This document shows, piece after piece, positions 48,164 to 56,996 of a stretch of 64,000 bases of DNA (within the stretch, counting starts at the first letter, position 1; the number at the start of each line of letters is the position of its first letter). This stretch comes from Patescibacteria group bacterium (GTDB lineage Bacteria > Patescibacteriota > JAQUNI01). Both the position numbers and the translations under genes were made by a program. The DNA lies in the NCBI GenBank assembly GCA_028717685.1, contig JAQUNI010000001.1, forward strand, positions 271,451-335,450. The letters are read 5' to 3'. The notes under the pieces were generated by a model that saw nothing but the letters and a program-made list of their open reading frames with translations, was not told the origin of the DNA and ran no database searches.

Positions 48164-48371
48164 GGTGGGTTGGCAGAGTGGTTTAATGCACTGGTCCTGC
48201 CCCGCAACAGAACGGAGAGGTGCTAGAGCGGTTTAATAGGACGGTCCTGAAAACCGTTGTCCCTTCAACGGGACCGTGAGTTCGAATCTCACCCTCTCCG
48301 CCCTTGTGCGGGGTCGCGAAAAACCAGAACCCGCTTTTTGCGGGTCGTAGGTTCAAATCCTACACCCACCG
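48164..48371 (+). tRNA. Split or interrupted class-II (Ser-like, G73) tRNA whose halves flank tRNA-Ser(TGA)
   Basis: 5' part GGTGGGT-TG-GCA-GAGTGGTTTAA-TGC-A-CTGGT at 48164-48195. 3' part ACCAG-A-CCCGC-TTTTT-GCGGG-TC-GTAGG-TTCAAAT-CCTAC-ACCCACC-G at 48325-48371. Acceptor, anticodon-stem and variable-arm pairings all span the insert. An 8-bp helix GCCCCGCA/TGCGGGGT brackets the inner tRNA. Confidence 0.4.
48214..48300 (+). tRNA. tRNA-Ser (TGA)
   Basis: GGAGAGG…ACGGT-CCTGAAA-ACCGT, long variable arm TGTCCCTTCAACGGGACC, GTGAG-TTCGAAT-CTCAC, CCTCTCC-G. It has the unusual C33. Confidence 0.75.
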
Positions 48372-48406
48372 CATAACTTAATTTTAAATTTTTAATTCTT
48401 AATTTT

Positions 48407-48440
48407 TATTCCTCATTCATAATTCCTGATTCATAATTCC
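48407..48440. repeat. Heptamer-type repeat (ATTCMTR family)
   Basis: ttcctcattcataattcctgattcataattccc. Together with 47984-48050 it flanks the tRNA pair. Confidence 0.5.
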
Positions 48441-48446
48441 CAATAT

Positions 48447-48533
48447 GGAGAGGTGGCTGAGTGGCTGAAAGCAGCACACTGCTAATGTGCTGACCTCGTA
48501 AGGGGTCCGTGGGTTCGAATCCCACCCTCTCCG
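48447..48533 (+). tRNA. tRNA-Ser (GCT)
   Basis: GGAGAGG-TG-GCT-GAGTGGCTGAA-AGC…GCACA-CTGCTAA-TGTGC, long variable arm, GTGGG-TTCGAAT-CCCAC, CCTCTCC-G. Confidence 0.85.
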
Positions 48534-48564
48534 CCTTCGCCACGCTGAAGCGTGGCTACGGCGT

Positions 48565-48630
48565 GACGAAGTCCGCTTCCAGCAGGACGAAGTTAGCTTC
48601 CAGCGCGACGAAATCTGCCAGTAGACACGC
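48565..48630. repeat. 21-nt tandem repeat x3 (copy 2 of the family at 39036-39085)
   Basis: cgtgacgaagtccgcttccag / caggacgaagttagcttccag / cgcgacgaaatctgccag. Confidence 0.55.
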
Positions 48631-48646
48631 GAAAGCGGGCCATCGT

Positions 48647-48880
48647 ATGTACTACGTTTACAGCTTAAAGTGTAAAGGTGGTTATTATATTGGTTGTACC
48701 GATAATCTTAAAGATAGAATTGATAGGCACCGAAAGGGCCAAGTGTCAGCTACAGTAAATAGGCTACCCATAAAATTGGATTTTTATTTTGCAATATCTG
48801 ATAAATATAAAGCATTTGAATTTGAAAAGTATCTGAAGTCTGGTTCTGGGAGGGCTTTTATAAATAGACATATATTGTAG
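48647..48880 (+). CDS. Small GIY-YIG nuclease family protein
   Basis: MYYVYSLKCKGGYYIGCTDNLKDRIDRHRKG…KLDFYFAISDKYKAFEFEKYLKSGSGRAF carries the GIY/YIG, Arg, His and Glu motifs. The upstream part of the track ORF (48509..) is repeat sequence plus the tRNA 3' end, so the ATG at 48647 is preferred. Confidence 0.7.
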   Translation: MYYVYSLKCKGGYYIGCTDNLKDRIDRHRKGQVSATVNRLPIKLDFYFAISDKYKAFEFEKYLKSGSGRAFINRHIL

Positions 48881-48961
48881 CCTAATCAGACAATTGAAAC
48901 TATGGCAAAAATCGCCAAAGGATTAAGTGTTTTAATTGATGATTTAATGAAATAAAAAAAT

Positions 48962-49957
48962 ATGCAATGGAATGATAAAGTAAAATTGATTATTTCTGAT
49001 GTGGACGAAACCATTGCTGATTTGTATATTGAGGCAAAGCCCGAAATGATAGCAGAATTGGAAAAATTACTTGCCGATAATAAGGTGTTATTTTTGATAT
49101 CCGGTCAGAGTGTAAAAAGTATCCAATGGCGCATTATTGACCATATTAGAAAAGATTTGAGACAAAGAATTATCGTAGGCCACTGTAGCGGCGCTGAGGT
49201 GTGGGGTTTTGACGAAGAAGGAAAATTAAGAGATACGCCGTTCTATAGTCTCTACGAAACCGCTTTGTCAAAAGAGCAAAAGAAAAGTTGGCGAGAAGTA
49301 ATTCGTGAACTTGTTGATGAATTTAAGCTGAAAACTTTACCAACAATGCCAATTGCGGAGTTTGAGAAGAAGTCCAATGGAGACCCGCTAACTATTATGC
49401 TCGAAGACCGTGGTCCACAAATAACCTTTGAAATAATAAATGGCTACGATCTATCTCCAGAACAAGAGCAAAAACTTGAAATTGAAGTGCCGGAAACTCA
49501 TGGCCATTACGATTTGCGAATTCCCATTTTAGAGTGTGCTGAGAAATTATTTGAAGAAAGAGGCTTGCCCGTTACACCCAGAGTAGCAGGTGTGTTTGCG
49601 ATTGATTTTGCCATTAAGAGAGTTTCCAAAACGACCGCGGTTAAATATGTCATCGAACACGATTCAATTTTAAACTCGCTAGGAATTCGAAAAACTGATA
49701 TTGAGAATCCGGAAAGTATGGAAGTTTGGGGAGATAAATTTTCCGTTGTTCGAGGTGGCACGGATAGACATATTAGCGAAGCTTTACCGAAAGAAGTTCG
49801 TTCCATAACTTTCCGAGAGGAAAGACCCGAAGAATTTTTGGGAGGATATAATATTGTTGTTTGGGACGGAAAAGAGCATTTGCACGATGGTCTTTTGGAA
49901 TTTTTAAAATCAAGGAATTTGAAAGAATTTGCCGCCAAAGAGGAAAATCAGTTATGA
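48962..49957 (+). CDS. HAD-superfamily hydrolase-like protein (hypothetical)
   Basis: N-terminal IISDVDETIAD fits HAD motif I hhhDxDxT. An ISGQS motif-II-like Ser/Thr and a C-terminal GDKFSVVRGGTD acidic motif are present. No specific subfamily assignable. Confidence 0.4.
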   Translation: MQWNDKVKLIISDVDETIADLYIEAKPEMIAELEKLLADNKVLFLISGQSVKSIQWRIIDHIRKDLRQRIIVGHCSGAEVWGFDEEGKLRDTPFYSLYETALSKEQKKSWREVIRELVDEFKLKTLPTMPIAEFEKKSNGDPLTIMLEDRGPQITFEIINGYDLSPEQEQKLEIEVPETHGHYDLRIPILECAEKLFEERGLPVTPRVAGVFAIDFAIKRVSKTTAVKYVIEHDSILNSLGIRKTDIENPESMEVWGDKFSVVRGGTDRHISEALPKEVRSITFREERPEEFLGGYNIVVWDGKEHLHDGLLEFLKSRNLKEFAAKEENQL

Positions 49958-50033
49958 TTTCCCTTGCGGGCTACCGCCCGTGAAAAACTTGAAATCGTAA
50001 AAAACATTTTTAAAAAAATAAAAAACACATTCT

Positions 50034-50600
50034 ATGCCTCAAAATCAAATCATGGCTACGCCGGACTTCAGTCCTGAGGACTCCAGTCCGAAGGATCTTC
50101 AGACAAACAATCCCGCTGCGCCTCGAGAAAATTACGGCAAAATTTTAATATCCTGGCGCGCGCCAGAATATGAAAAACAACCCAAAAGCCGCAATTGGTA
50201 TATCGCCACTTTTTCCATCGGCGCCTTTTTGGTGGGTTCCAGCATTTGGATGAAAAATTATCTCCTCATTATTGTCGTCGCGATGTTCGGGATCGTGCTT
50301 TACATTCTGAATAAAAAAGAACCTCTGACGCTTGATTTTGCCCTGACGGAAAAAGGAGTGAAGATGGGAGAGAAATTTTACCCTTATAACACCCTCCAAG
50401 AATTTTGGATTATTTACGATCCGCCGGTAAAAACCCTCAATTTCAAGAACAACCGCACTTTTTTCCCGGAAATCTCCATGCAGATTACGGATCAAAACCC
50501 CGTAAAAATAAGGGAGATTTTACTCCCCTTCCTGGATGAAGACCTAGAAAAAACCGAGGAATCAACCACCGACCGTTTATCGCGGTTATTGAAAATATAA
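50034..50600 (+). CDS. Hypothetical membrane protein (two TM helices)
   Basis: 188-aa ORF. Hydrophobic segments WYIATFSIGAFLVGSSIW and LLIIVVAMFGIVLYIL. Confidence 0.45.
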   Translation: MPQNQIMATPDFSPEDSSPKDLQTNNPAAPRENYGKILISWRAPEYEKQPKSRNWYIATFSIGAFLVGSSIWMKNYLLIIVVAMFGIVLYILNKKEPLTLDFALTEKGVKMGEKFYPYNTLQEFWIIYDPPVKTLNFKNNRTFFPEISMQITDQNPVKIREILLPFLDEDLEKTEESTTDRLSRLLKI

Positions 50601-50702
50601 GAAGGGCGGAGTATAATAATTTTTAATTTTTATTGGCTTATCGTGTTATTAAGTTTCCAGCCTGTCCGCGGCAGGCATCAATGAAAATAGGACTTCGCGT
50701 TT

Positions 50703-50790
50703 GATGTCATCCCCGACCTGATCGGGGATCCAGATTAATAGCACTAATTCTGGATTCCCGCTTTCGCGGGAATGACAATAAGCATATTTG
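50703..50790. repeat. Structured palindromic element of about 80 nt, copy 2
   Basis: tgtcat-CCCCGAcctgaTCGGGG-atCCAGAttaatagcactaaTTCTGGat-TCCCGCtttcGCGGGA-atgaca. Three hairpins are closed by a 6-bp terminal stem. See 13461-13540. Confidence 0.6.
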
Positions 50791-50854
50791 ATTGAATTGT
50801 TACCAAACGTGAAAGTCCTGGAAAACAAAAATTAAGAATGAAAAATTGGCTTTC

Positions 50855-50928
50855 GCCCTTGTAGCTCAATTGGATAGAGCGTGAGCTTGCGGAGCTCAAG
50901 GTTGCAGGTTCGATCCCTGCCAAGGGCA
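50855..50928 (+). tRNA. tRNA-Arg (GCG)
   Basis: GCCCTTG-TA-GCTC-AATTGGATA-GAGC-G-TGAGC-TTGCGGA-GCTCA-AGGTT-GCAGG-TTCGATC-CCTGC-CAAGGGC-A. The anticodon loop is read as GCG. Confidence 0.7.
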
Positions 50929-51078
50929 CAATAATAATTTTTAATTTCTAATTTTTAATTTTTATTGAATTTTCAATTCTAAAATTTTCAAACAGAAATT
51001 TTAATATTTAATGCTATTGTTTAAAAATTAAGTCATTATAAATTTAATAAAAATTAGAAATTGAAAATTAGAAATTAT

Positions 51079-53091
51079 ATGCTATCCCCTTCCTCTCCCC
51101 TTTCCTCCCTCTATGGCGTGGGGGCGCAAAAACAAAAAGCTTTGAAAAAATTGGGTCTAGAAAAAATTCATGACCTAATTTTTTATTTCCCCTTTCGTTA
51201 TAATGATTTTAGTAAAATCGTTACCATCCGAGATTTGCAACCTGGAAAAATCATCACGGTCTTGGGAAAAATCCAAAAGATTCGGACGATCCGCACGCCG
51301 CGTAAAAGAATGTTTCTGACAGAGATAGAAGTGGCGGATGAAACCGGAGTCATTTCCTGCCTCTTTTTCAATCAGCCGTATCTCGCGGAGACTCTTAAAG
51401 AAGACATGCTTGTATATTTAAGCGGTCAAGCGGCATACGGGATTCCTTACTATACAATGCAGAATCCGGAATACGAAATCTACAAACCCCGCACTACGCA
51501 TACCGCTCGGATTGTTCCGATCTATAATGTGACCTACGGCATCTCGCCGAAATGGTTGCGCTATTTGGTAAGCCTGGTGATGCCCTCAATTCAAAAAATT
51601 CCTGATTATTTACCTTCTCAAATCCGGCAAAAATACCACTTCCTTCCTCTTGCCAAAGCCTTAACCGAGATTCATTTTCCTTCCACATTCCCCAAAATGG
51701 AGAAAGCAAAAAGGCGCCTTGCTTTTGATGAATTTTTTATCTTGCAAACCGCGGCTTTAGCATATAAAAAAAACTTAGCCAAACAAAAGGCGCCCTCCAT
51801 ACCTATGGATGTGAAACTCGCCCAGTCATTCGTTCGCTCTCTGCCTTTTCTTTTAACTTGCGACCAACGCAAATGCGCTTATGAGATTTTGAAAGATCTC
51901 GAAAAAACGCAGCCTATGAACCGTCTTTTAAACGGCGATGTGGGGAGCGGCAAGACCGTGGTCGCGGCAATGGCGCTACTGCAAACCGCGGCTGCCGGAT
52001 GGAATGCGGTTCTGATGGCGCCCACGGAAATTTTAGCCGAGCAGCATTTTCAAGAAATCTCCCGTTTGCTCCAAAAATTTAAAATAAAAATTGGCCTTTC
52101 AACCGGCGCAAAAAAAATAAAACTAGAAGCCCAAATCTTAATTGGCACCCACGCTTTGATTCAAAAAAAGGCGCGGCTTAAAAATTTGGGATTAGTGGTC
52201 GTGGATGAACAGCACCGCTTTGGCGTAAAGCAACGCGGGGAGCTTCAGCATAAAACGACCTCCCTTATTCCCCACTTTCTTTCTATGACCGCCACGCCGA
52301 TCCCCCGCTCGCTTGCCCTCACCCTCTATGGCGACTTGGATATCTCGCTTATTCGGGAAATGCCCCCGGGGCGCAAAAAAGTAATCACCAAAATCGTTCC
52401 TCCCGAAAAAAGAAATCTCGCTTATGAATTTATCCGCAAAAAGATCCAGGCTCACGAACAGGTCTTTGTGGTCTGCCCCCTCATTTTGGAATCTGACAAA
52501 CTCGGCGTGAAATCCGCGACTAAAGAGTACGAAAAACTGCGAAAAGAAATTTTTCCGGAATTTAAAATCGGCCTGCTCCACGGCAAACTGAAAACAGGAG
52601 AAAAAGAAAAGGTGATGATGGATTTCAAAGCGGGTCACACCAAAATTTTAGTCGCCACCGCAGTGGTGGAAGTAGGGATTGATGTGCGAAACGCCACGAT
52701 TATGATGATTGAAGGGGCGGAACGATTTGGTCTTGCTTCTCTGCACCAGTTTCGCGGCCGGGTGGGACGCGGCGAGAAACAAGCCTACACTTTTGTTTTC
52801 ACGGAATCAAACGAGCCAAGGACTTTAAAAAGATTGAAGGCGCTGGTTTCGGCGCGTGATGGTTTTGAGCTGGCAGAATATGATTTGCAATTTCGCGGTC
52901 CAGGCGAAATTTACGGCACGCGCCAAGCGGGTTATTTAGATTTAAAAATCGGCTCTCTTTGGGATTTAGATTTAATCAAAACCGCAAGGCAGGAGGCGAA
53001 AGAGCTTTTAGAAAAGAATCCAAACCTAAATAAATATCCCCTCCTCCAAGAAAAAATAACAAAAAAACTAAGCGAGATTAGCTTAGTATAA
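51079..53091 (+). CDS. recG: ATP-dependent DNA helicase RecG
   Basis: N-terminal wedge domain, Walker A DVGSGKTVVA, DEQH box, helicase C-terminal motifs (QFRGRVGRG), and the TRG motif region. Confidence 0.85.
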   Translation: MLSPSSPLSSLYGVGAQKQKALKKLGLEKIHDLIFYFPFRYNDFSKIVTIRDLQPGKIITVLGKIQKIRTIRTPRKRMFLTEIEVADETGVISCLFFNQPYLAETLKEDMLVYLSGQAAYGIPYYTMQNPEYEIYKPRTTHTARIVPIYNVTYGISPKWLRYLVSLVMPSIQKIPDYLPSQIRQKYHFLPLAKALTEIHFPSTFPKMEKAKRRLAFDEFFILQTAALAYKKNLAKQKAPSIPMDVKLAQSFVRSLPFLLTCDQRKCAYEILKDLEKTQPMNRLLNGDVGSGKTVVAAMALLQTAAAGWNAVLMAPTEILAEQHFQEISRLLQKFKIKIGLSTGAKKIKLEAQILIGTHALIQKKARLKNLGLVVVDEQHRFGVKQRGELQHKTTSLIPHFLSMTATPIPRSLALTLYGDLDISLIREMPPGRKKVITKIVPPEKRNLAYEFIRKKIQAHEQVFVVCPLILESDKLGVKSATKEYEKLRKEIFPEFKIGLLHGKLKTGEKEKVMMDFKAGHTKILVATAVVEVGIDVRNATIMMIEGAERFGLASLHQFRGRVGRGEKQAYTFVFTESNEPRTLKRLKALVSARDGFELAEYDLQFRGPGEIYGTRQAGYLDLKIGSLWDLDLIKTARQEAKELLEKNPNLNKYPLLQEKITKKLSEISLV

Positions 53092-53282
53092 AAAAAGACC
53101 CCTTTTAGAAAACAATGGCAGAAAATCTTTTCATTCAACTATTTATATCGTCTCTAAATGGGGGCTGTAATGGGGAGGCGCAGGGAAAACCTCGGGTTGC
53201 GGCGGCATGGGGTATTACACCAAAGATTATTTCCCTTTGCCTTGACTCTATTATATTACATATCCTTAAAATTTGTCAAATC

Positions 53283-53311
53283 TTGACATTTACAATGATT
53301 CAGTTATAGTG
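53283..53311 (+). promoter_or_regulatory. Strong sigma70-like promoter
   Basis: TTGACA, 16 nt, then TATAGT. It lies about 160 nt upstream of the ATG at 53471, implying a long leader. Confidence 0.45.
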
Positions 53312-53470
53312 AAAGTAATGGATCTTTATGTCTTTGGCGATTCTCTCGCTAAGAAGACACAACTGCAACCGGAGGCACGATATGAACGCTATTTGGATTC
53401 GTGATCACCACCCCCCCTGATTTTGCTCCTATCTTACTTATCTTTTTGGAAGGTATTATGAAATGCGGCA

Positions 53471-53968
53471 ATGGCAAAAAGTGTAAGAAGGAGCGGAACA
53501 ATGTCGAAGAACTATGACCAAAGGATAGATGAATGCACTGGGAGTGCGTTCACTGCGGAAATTTTGCATTTAGGAAATGGTGTCCACGTCACTGCCCATC
53601 AAAAGGCAGAAGAAGACAGGAACCACAGGATGAGATTAAGGGAATTAGAAACGTATACTGTAGATTTAGAACTGCCTGAAGCAGTAAAAAACCGTGGATG
53701 GTTTCCTGTTGTACAAAGTGGATCTTTTAAGATCGTTAAAGATCCGCGGGGAATTATTCCCCTGAACGGAGAAATTCCTCAAATAACGTCGGAGCAGGCT
53801 CAAAATGTCCTTTTTTTGTCCCGCAACACAATTGTTCAAAGTGGAATAGATAAATATGGTGGCATGATGCTGACTAAGACTGAAGTGCCTTACAGTGAAA
53901 TTATAGATTATATGAATAAGGCTAGAGTCTTTAATATTTGCCATGAGGCAAATAAGCTTGGTCTATAA
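53471..53968 (+). CDS. Hypothetical protein
   Basis: 165-aa ORF with no recognisable motifs. Confidence 0.45.
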   Translation: MAKSVRRSGTMSKNYDQRIDECTGSAFTAEILHLGNGVHVTAHQKAEEDRNHRMRLRELETYTVDLELPEAVKNRGWFPVVQSGSFKIVKDPRGIIPLNGEIPQITSEQAQNVLFLSRNTIVQSGIDKYGGMMLTKTEVPYSEIIDYMNKARVFNICHEANKLGL

Positions 53969-54116
53969 CCTCCCTTGGATTCCCGCTGGAATTTAATTTT
54001 ATTGCGAGGGAATAGCAACAAAGACAACGCCATACCTAAACTGGATTGTGCAGGTATGGCTATTTTTTCTAAAAATAAAAACAAAAAATACGGGCTTTTG
54101 AGGCCCGATTTTTTAT

Positions 54117-54360
54117 TTGGTGAAAAGGGTGCCTGTCCGCTATGCTCTTAGCGGCAGCATGGCAGGCGGGAGACCTCTTCTAACTCCCCACAGGTCAAGG
54201 GAAGGAAGATTTTCACTCCCCCTGCCCGAGGGGGAGATGGAGGGGGTGGGAGCTTCAGAACCCCTCCCATCCTCCCCCTTGGAAAGGGGAGGTGAAATGC
54301 ACTCCCCCTTCCACCCTAAGAGCGGACACAGTGGCAAGAGGGAGGGTATTATTACATTTA
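54117..54360. repeat. GC-rich multi-hairpin repeat (CTCCCC…GGGGAG family), copy 1
   Basis: Hairpins CTCCCCC-tgcccga-GGGGGAG and CTCCCC-cttggaaa-GGGGAG. About 75% of this matches 59650-59800 on the other strand. The spurious ORF 54117..54395 lies within it. Confidence 0.6.
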
Positions 54361-55716
54361 TTTTACTTTCTCAATTGCTTCCTGAATTGTGTTGACCTTA
54401 ATAATTTCCATTCCTCCTGTGTTTTGAAGAGTAGAAAAAGAGGGTAAAATTATTTTCTTAAACCCTAAAATCGCCGCTTCTTTAATTCTTTTTTCTATAT
54501 TATTTACCCGACGCACCTCGCCCGATAAGCCCACTTCACCCAGGGCGATTAAGTCCGAAGGCAAGGGCTTATCCGTGAGGGAGGAAAAAATCGCCAAGGC
54601 AATCGCTAAATCAATGGCGGGTTCAGCCACGCGAAATCCGCCGGCGATATTAGCATAAATATCCTGATTAGCGAGCCGCAATTTAGCTCTCTTGCTTAAA
54701 ACCGCAATAATAAGTTCCAAACGCCGAGCATTAATGCCGGAAGCCGCTCTTTTCGGATAACCAAAAATAGTCGTGGTGCATAGCGCCTGCACCTCCACTA
54801 AAAAAACACGCACGCCCTCAATAGTGGCGGTAACGCAAGAGCCGGGCAAACCCTCCCGCCGTTCCTCTAAAAAAATTTGGGAAGGATTTTTGACCTCTGC
54901 CAAACCTTGCCCCGTCATTTCAAAAACGCCGGTTTCGTCCGTCGCACCAAAACGGTTTTTTACGCCACGCAAAATGCGAAAAGTATGGTAACGCTCCCCT
55001 TCTAAATACAAAACTACATCTACTAAATGCTCCAGGGTTTTAGGTCCCGCGACATTGCCTTCTTTGGTCACATGACCAATTAAAAAAATCGGGATATTAT
55101 TTGTTTTCGCCACTTGAGCGAGCTTTTGCGTCGCGAGGCGCACTTGGGTGATACCGCCGGCTTCGCCTGGAATGTCTTCAGAAGACATTGTTTGAATGGA
55201 ATCAATCACCGCCAAAGACGGCTTCAAACTTTCTATGGTGGCGCAAACCGCGTCAATATTCCGCTCTCCCAGAAAGATAAGTTCGCCCGCGGGAAAACCT
55301 AAGCGGTCGGCGCGCAATTTCACTTGAGCGCCTGATTCTTCGCCGGAGACATAGAGAACCTTCTTCAACTCGCTAACCCTGCTTGCGGCTTGCAAAATCA
55401 AAGTGGATTTGCCAATCCCGGGCTCTCCGCCTAACAAAATAAGGGATCCTGGAACAATCCCTCCGCCTAAAACCCGGTCAAATTCGGAAAAATAAGTAGT
55501 AAGCCGTGTAAAATCTGTGTTTTGGATATCGCCTAAAACTTCTGTGGCGGCTGGGAGAGCGGCGCTTTTCGCGTTCCGCACTTCCCCTCTTGCCTCCGCC
55601 ACTAAACTATTCCACTCCCCGCAAGTCGTGCATCTTCCCTGCCAAGTCAAAAACTCGGCTCCGCACTTAGAACAGATATAAATTGTCTTGACCTTGCTCA
55701 TTTTTCCAGAAATCAA
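54358..55716 (-). CDS. radA: DNA repair protein RadA (Sms)
   Basis: N-terminal zinc finger CSKCGAEFLTWQGRCTTCGEW. Walker A GGEPGIGKSTL, KNRFG motif, C-terminal Lon-like domain. Confidence 0.9.
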   Translation of the reverse strand: MISGKMSKVKTIYICSKCGAEFLTWQGRCTTCGEWNSLVAEARGEVRNAKSAALPAATEVLGDIQNTDFTRLTTYFSEFDRVLGGGIVPGSLILLGGEPGIGKSTLILQAASRVSELKKVLYVSGEESGAQVKLRADRLGFPAGELIFLGERNIDAVCATIESLKPSLAVIDSIQTMSSEDIPGEAGGITQVRLATQKLAQVAKTNNIPIFLIGHVTKEGNVAGPKTLEHLVDVVLYLEGERYHTFRILRGVKNRFGATDETGVFEMTGQGLAEVKNPSQIFLEERREGLPGSCVTATIEGVRVFLVEVQALCTTTIFGYPKRAASGINARRLELIIAVLSKRAKLRLANQDIYANIAGGFRVAEPAIDLAIALAIFSSLTDKPLPSDLIALGEVGLSGEVRRVNNIEKRIKEAAILGFKKIILPSFSTLQNTGGMEIIKVNTIQEAIEKVK

Positions 55717-55944
55717 TACTATCTTATTATTCTAAACAGCTTAATTAAAAATGTAAAATGCAAAATTAAAAATTACAATTCAAAATTTAAAAATTAACTT
55801 TGTAAAACCCAAATCAAATTGTCGTCCCATTAATCTCTAAAAGATAACAAAAATCAATTTTAAACCTTAAACTGTAATTTTGCCACGCCCGCCATGCTAG
55901 CCTAAGCGGCTAGATTAGACGTTGCGGACGGGCATTTTAAACTT

Positions 55945-56835
55945 TTAATTTTGAACTTTATTTAGCTCTGCCTCTATGATTCCGCTCAACTCTTCAAACG
56001 ACACTGCTCCCTCCACTTTTTGATTATTCACAAACAATGTCGGGGTGGCGGAAATGCCGGCGGAAATGCCGGCATCTAAATCTTCCATTATTTTCAACTT
56101 CGATTCACCCTGATTCATGCAGGTATTGAATTTTGTCATTTCCAAACCCGCTTTTTCCGCTAAGGAGGCAAGAAGGCTTTCGGTAATACGGGCGCTGTTC
56201 GCGAAAATTAAATCGTGGAGCTCCCAAAACTTGCCCTGCTCCCACGCGCATTCCCCCATCTCGTGCGCCAGCGGGGAAAGAGGATGGATATTTTCAATCG
56301 GTAAATCCCGAAAAACAAATTTCACCCGCGTGCCATACTTACTTTTTAATTGAGGCAAGGCGGTCTTGGCAAACTCGGCGCAATAGGGGCATAAAAAATC
56401 AGAAAATTCCACAATGGTTACTTTGGCGCCCTCCGGCCCCCACGAAGGATTCCCTTCGCCGGCTAAATTATTATATCCCGCGCTTCCCGCCACCATTTGG
56501 GACGGATTATCAGCGCTTGGCGCGGAAGGAGCGGCTTCCGTCCCTTCTTCTATTGTTGTTTCGCCGGCGGTATTCTCACTTTTAGCGCGGGCTAAATAAC
56601 TGTTTTCCGGGGTCTGCAACGCGTGTATTCCCTCCTCATCATAGGCGAAAAGTTTGCCTTGGTCCACATTGTCCGTGTTTGGACTCACGACTTCAGCTAA
56701 ATTCCCCCCCATTTGCGTTCCTAACGCACTAAAAGAAATCTGCCGGCTCTTCATCCCTCGCCAAAAAAGAACTCCGCCGCCAACGGCGGTTAGAGTGATA
56801 ACTAGAAGGATAACTTTATCTAAACGATGAATCAT
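55945..56835 (-). CDS. DsbA-family thiol:disulfide oxidoreductase (membrane-anchored)
   Basis: N-terminal TM helix. Thioredoxin fold with the active site CPYCAEF. Confidence 0.75.
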   Translation of the reverse strand: MIHRLDKVILLVITLTAVGGGVLFWRGMKSRQISFSALGTQMGGNLAEVVSPNTDNVDQGKLFAYDEEGIHALQTPENSYLARAKSENTAGETTIEEGTEAAPSAPSADNPSQMVAGSAGYNNLAGEGNPSWGPEGAKVTIVEFSDFLCPYCAEFAKTALPQLKSKYGTRVKFVFRDLPIENIHPLSPLAHEMGECAWEQGKFWELHDLIFANSARITESLLASLAEKAGLEMTKFNTCMNQGESKLKIMEDLDAGISAGISATPTLFVNNQKVEGAVSFEELSGIIEAELNKVQN

Positions 56836-56996
56836 ATCTGAAGATTACTGAATAAAAAGTGTTAAGTTTAAATCTTGTAACTTGTAACTCATAACCTATA
56901 ACTCAAGCACTTTCCTTCTTGTGTTACAAGTTACAAGTTTCAAGTTACAAATCCTTTATCTAAATTTTACGTTTTTCGTTCTACATTGTGCGCTAT

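Noticed and set aside
50744-50929. 61-aa ORF on the - strand
   Set aside because: It overlaps tRNA-Arg and the palindromic element and is antisense to a structural RNA.
53960-54010. Possible third copy of the three-hairpin element (ggattcccgc…gcgagggaat)
   Set aside because: Only one hairpin arm is recognisable and the similarity is too weak to call without a computed alignment.
54117-54395. 92-aa ORF (and antisense 54140..54337)
   Set aside because: It is entirely within the GC-rich hairpin repeat. The Pro/Gly/Glu-rich translation mirrors that of the second repeat copy, which forms a bogus N-terminus at 59650-59858.
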